Assembly: GCA_038087875.1 (NCBI GenBank)
Contig: CM075977.1
Span: forward strand, 263,500,001-263,564,000
Reading direction: 5' to 3'
From: Malacoraja senta
Lineage: Eukaryota
DNA: 64,000 nt
The notes beneath the pieces were generated by a model. It was not told where the DNA came from, ran no database searches, and worked only from the letters and a program-made list of their open reading frames with translations. The stretch's first letter is position 1; each line of letters starts with the position of its first letter. This document shows positions 61,624 to 64,000 of this stretch, piece after piece. The position numbers were made by a program, and so were the translations under genes.

Positions 61624-62780
61624 CAGGGCTATGGAGTTGATACCCAAAACACCCAACTCCGACTCCTTAATTTCTTGTGTATCCGTCTCTGACTCCGACC
61701 CCTAGGTATAATAATTCTAAATCTGCTATGATGACATTGCACAAGATGGCATTTCATAAGAACTACATCAGGCTGCATTTTAAACCCTTGTCCTTAAAGT
61801 TTTGAGTCTAATGGTTGTAACTATGCTCTTGTGACTTTTTATTGTTTCTTTTTGGAAAAAATACATAATTCATTATGATAAAAGAAAAAAAAATATATAG
61901 GATTATGACAAAATAAAAATTCCATTGAATTAAATAAAAATTATAAAAGCGTTACTCCAAAATGTATTAAATTAAGGCCACAGGTATGAGCTAAATGGCT
62001 AAATTATGACAAAATAAAATTCTCAAGTGCAATAGAAATTAAAACTAAATGCATAGGTAGTTAAGTTTGCTACAAAAGTACATACCTAAAATGTATTAAT
62101 AACGTCCTCAGGAAGAGAATTGCTTCTGCCAAATTCTCTTTCATTGAAGCCCTTAAATCTGATTTAATTATTTTCAGTGCGGAGACCTGAGTGGGTGGTA
62201 TTGATGTTACTATCATAGCTGTAAATGTTACTATTTCTGGATAAGCAGGGATGACTTCTTGTACTGTAAGTTTAGATGAGCGATCATATTTCTCTACTTT
62301 TAAACCACCAAGAAATAGTTTTCATTTTGATTGGAATTGTATCTAAAAAAAAGCCTTTTTTTGTCCTTAATCTCCAATGGATGGCAACAAACTTTGATTC
62401 AACCAGACTTGGCATTTTTTTAATGTATGTGCACAAACCTTTTTGTTCCAATTATGTGTTTATAAAGGCATTTCAATTACTTGTGCCCCTGAACACTAAA
62501 TTCTGACTTCATTTCAAAGTTATGTTTATGTCTTAGATTGTTAATTGTGACTGAATCATTCTGAAAATTGTGGAAAATAAAACTGGACATTCTGTATTGG
62601 AATTCACTTTTCTAAATCTAATTACAGTAGAAAAACTCTTACCTAAGGCATATTCCTTCATCTCTGTGCCATATTCCTTCACACTGCGCAGGGGAGACAT
62701 AAAGTTATTTTAAATTCCGCACGAGTGGATACCGGGCCCACTGCGCACGCATTTTGCGTTACTGCCAGGTTTATTGAAGG
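61624..62780 (-). mobile_element. Decayed hAT element
   Basis: CAGGGCTATGGAGT terminus with CTCCGACTCC subrepeats; - strand remnant at about 62095-62310, IPPTQVS[del]ALKIIKSDLRASMKENLAEAILFLR (hAT C-terminal dimerisation-like). Inner boundary uncertain. Confidence 0.6.
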
Positions 62781-63405
62781 TCTGGAACGCTAGTATGGGT
62801 GTGGTCTGAAGGGACTGGTTTCAAGAGGGCTAGTATGGACATTGTGGGCCAATGGATTCTTGGGCTGGCGGCTCAGTCACTCAAGCCTGTTGTGCTGGCA
62901 GCTCACTCACCCATGGCCGGAGGGCTGGCAGTTGACTCATGGCTATTCCTTGAAATTTCATTTCAAGCAGGGTGCAAGGTCACCAAATTCAAGTGCAGTT
63001 TCATACCACTTCAAGCAGGGTGCAAGGCCACCAAATTTAAGTGCAGTTTCATACCATTTCAAGCAGGGTGCAAGGCCACTAAAGACAGCGAGTCGTGACC
63101 TCTCCCTCCTCCATCTTGCAGAGACTGAGCCACGCCCACACTTCAGGGTTTTATAGTCCCTACCCCCTCCCACCAGAAGGGGTGTGGCCTTCATGGCGTG
63201 ATTGACAGGAGAGAGAACCTCAACATTTTAAAACACTAATAACTTTTATTTTTCATCGATGGGAAAAATCCTCGGCACCTGATGAGCGGAGGGGGACACT
63301 GAGTAAAATGGCCAAAAATCACAGCCGTACGTAGTAGCGTTTTTTCTAAAATCAATATAAAGCGCAAACAGGAAGTGGTCAAGATTAGACTTTTAATTAT
63401 ATAGA
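62781..63405 (-). mobile_element. Non-autonomous Helitron 5' part with internal 48-bp repeats
   Basis: TCTATATAATTAAAAGTC end resembles 8489; GACAGGAGAG..GAGTAA block shared with 8280-8440; TCAAGCAGGGTGCAAGG three times. Confidence 0.6.
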
Positions 63406-63552
63406 AGGCAAGGCAACTTTAATTAGGCAAGGCAACTTTAATTAGGCAAGGCAACTTTAATTAGGCAACACAGCTTTAACATTTCCAAACCAAAGGCAAC
63501 ATAGCTTTAGCATTTCCAAACCAAAGGAAACACAGCTTTAGCATTTCCAAAC
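63406..63552 (+). repeat. Short tandem repeats (19-bp x3 and 31-bp x~3)
   Basis: AGGCAAGGCAACTTTAATT and AACACAGCTTTAGCATTTCCAAACCAAAGG units. Confidence 0.8.
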
Positions 63553-63797
63553 TATATTTTCAAACCACATTAAGGGCACTGACAAGTCAGTAAAACCACT
63601 CACAGTTTAGTAGACATGTGTTCAGTGTTATTCACAACTCAGACTGAGAGACGTGACCCTCTCAATCTCATAATGGCTTCTTTGACTTTCATTGGCACAA
63701 CTTTGGTCCTCGTGTTGATAAACAGCAATAAAAGTTTCCAAAGCTGATGGAAAGACTGGAGGAAAGACTAGGTGCTGAGAGCTCTCTTATGCCTGCA

Positions 63798-64000
63798 TTA
63801 AGTTCAAGATCAAGTTCACATTTATTGCCACATGCACCAATTAAGGTACAGTGTAATTTGACTTACCATGCAGCCATACAAACAAAAGAGCACAATACAC
63901 TATTGAATATAACATGAACATCCACCACAGTGGAATCAACATTCTTCACTCTGGTGGAAGGCAACAACTTTGTCAGTCCTCCTCCTTTGTTTATCCGTGG
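63798..64000 (-). mobile_element. Modular retroelement 3' end (copy I), runs off the window
   Basis: Hairpin at 63921-63958; tail like copy B. Confidence 0.65.

Overview
Vertebrate genomic DNA, most likely a cartilaginous fish (skate/ray-type repeat content: HE1/V-SINE-like tRNA SINEs, CR1, Penelope-like, Rex1/Babar). The only host gene recognised is METTL14 (+ strand): coding exons 2-5 at 36711-36799, 41707-41794, 43850-43927 and 58239-58326. Exon 1 was not found and may lie in the 200-N gap at 32632-32831. The rest is a dense, often nested transposon landscape: an apparently intact 5' half of a CR1, a decayed L1, Penelope-like, Rex1/Babar, Hero-like, Helitron, Tc1 and hAT elements. Main finding: two different short (about 125-190 bp) retroposon families, TSD-flanked and (AAG)n-tailed, whose 5' ends fold into HDV-like self-cleaving ribozymes closely resembling the mammalian CPEB3 ribozyme. 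The copy at 16468-16402 (-) looks structurally complete; a minimal-P4 type lies at 31305-31254 (-), with a deleted sister copy at 9454. Other leads: a 7-bp-TSD DNA transposon carrying a Spindlin/Tudor-like reading frame, a modular non-autonomous retroelement family with a covarying hairpin and swapped 3' tails, Penelope-derived foldback inserts with hammerhead-core motifs, and a candidate in-frame 15-nt microexon in METTL14 intron 2. All homology calls are by eye and from memory; no searches were run.
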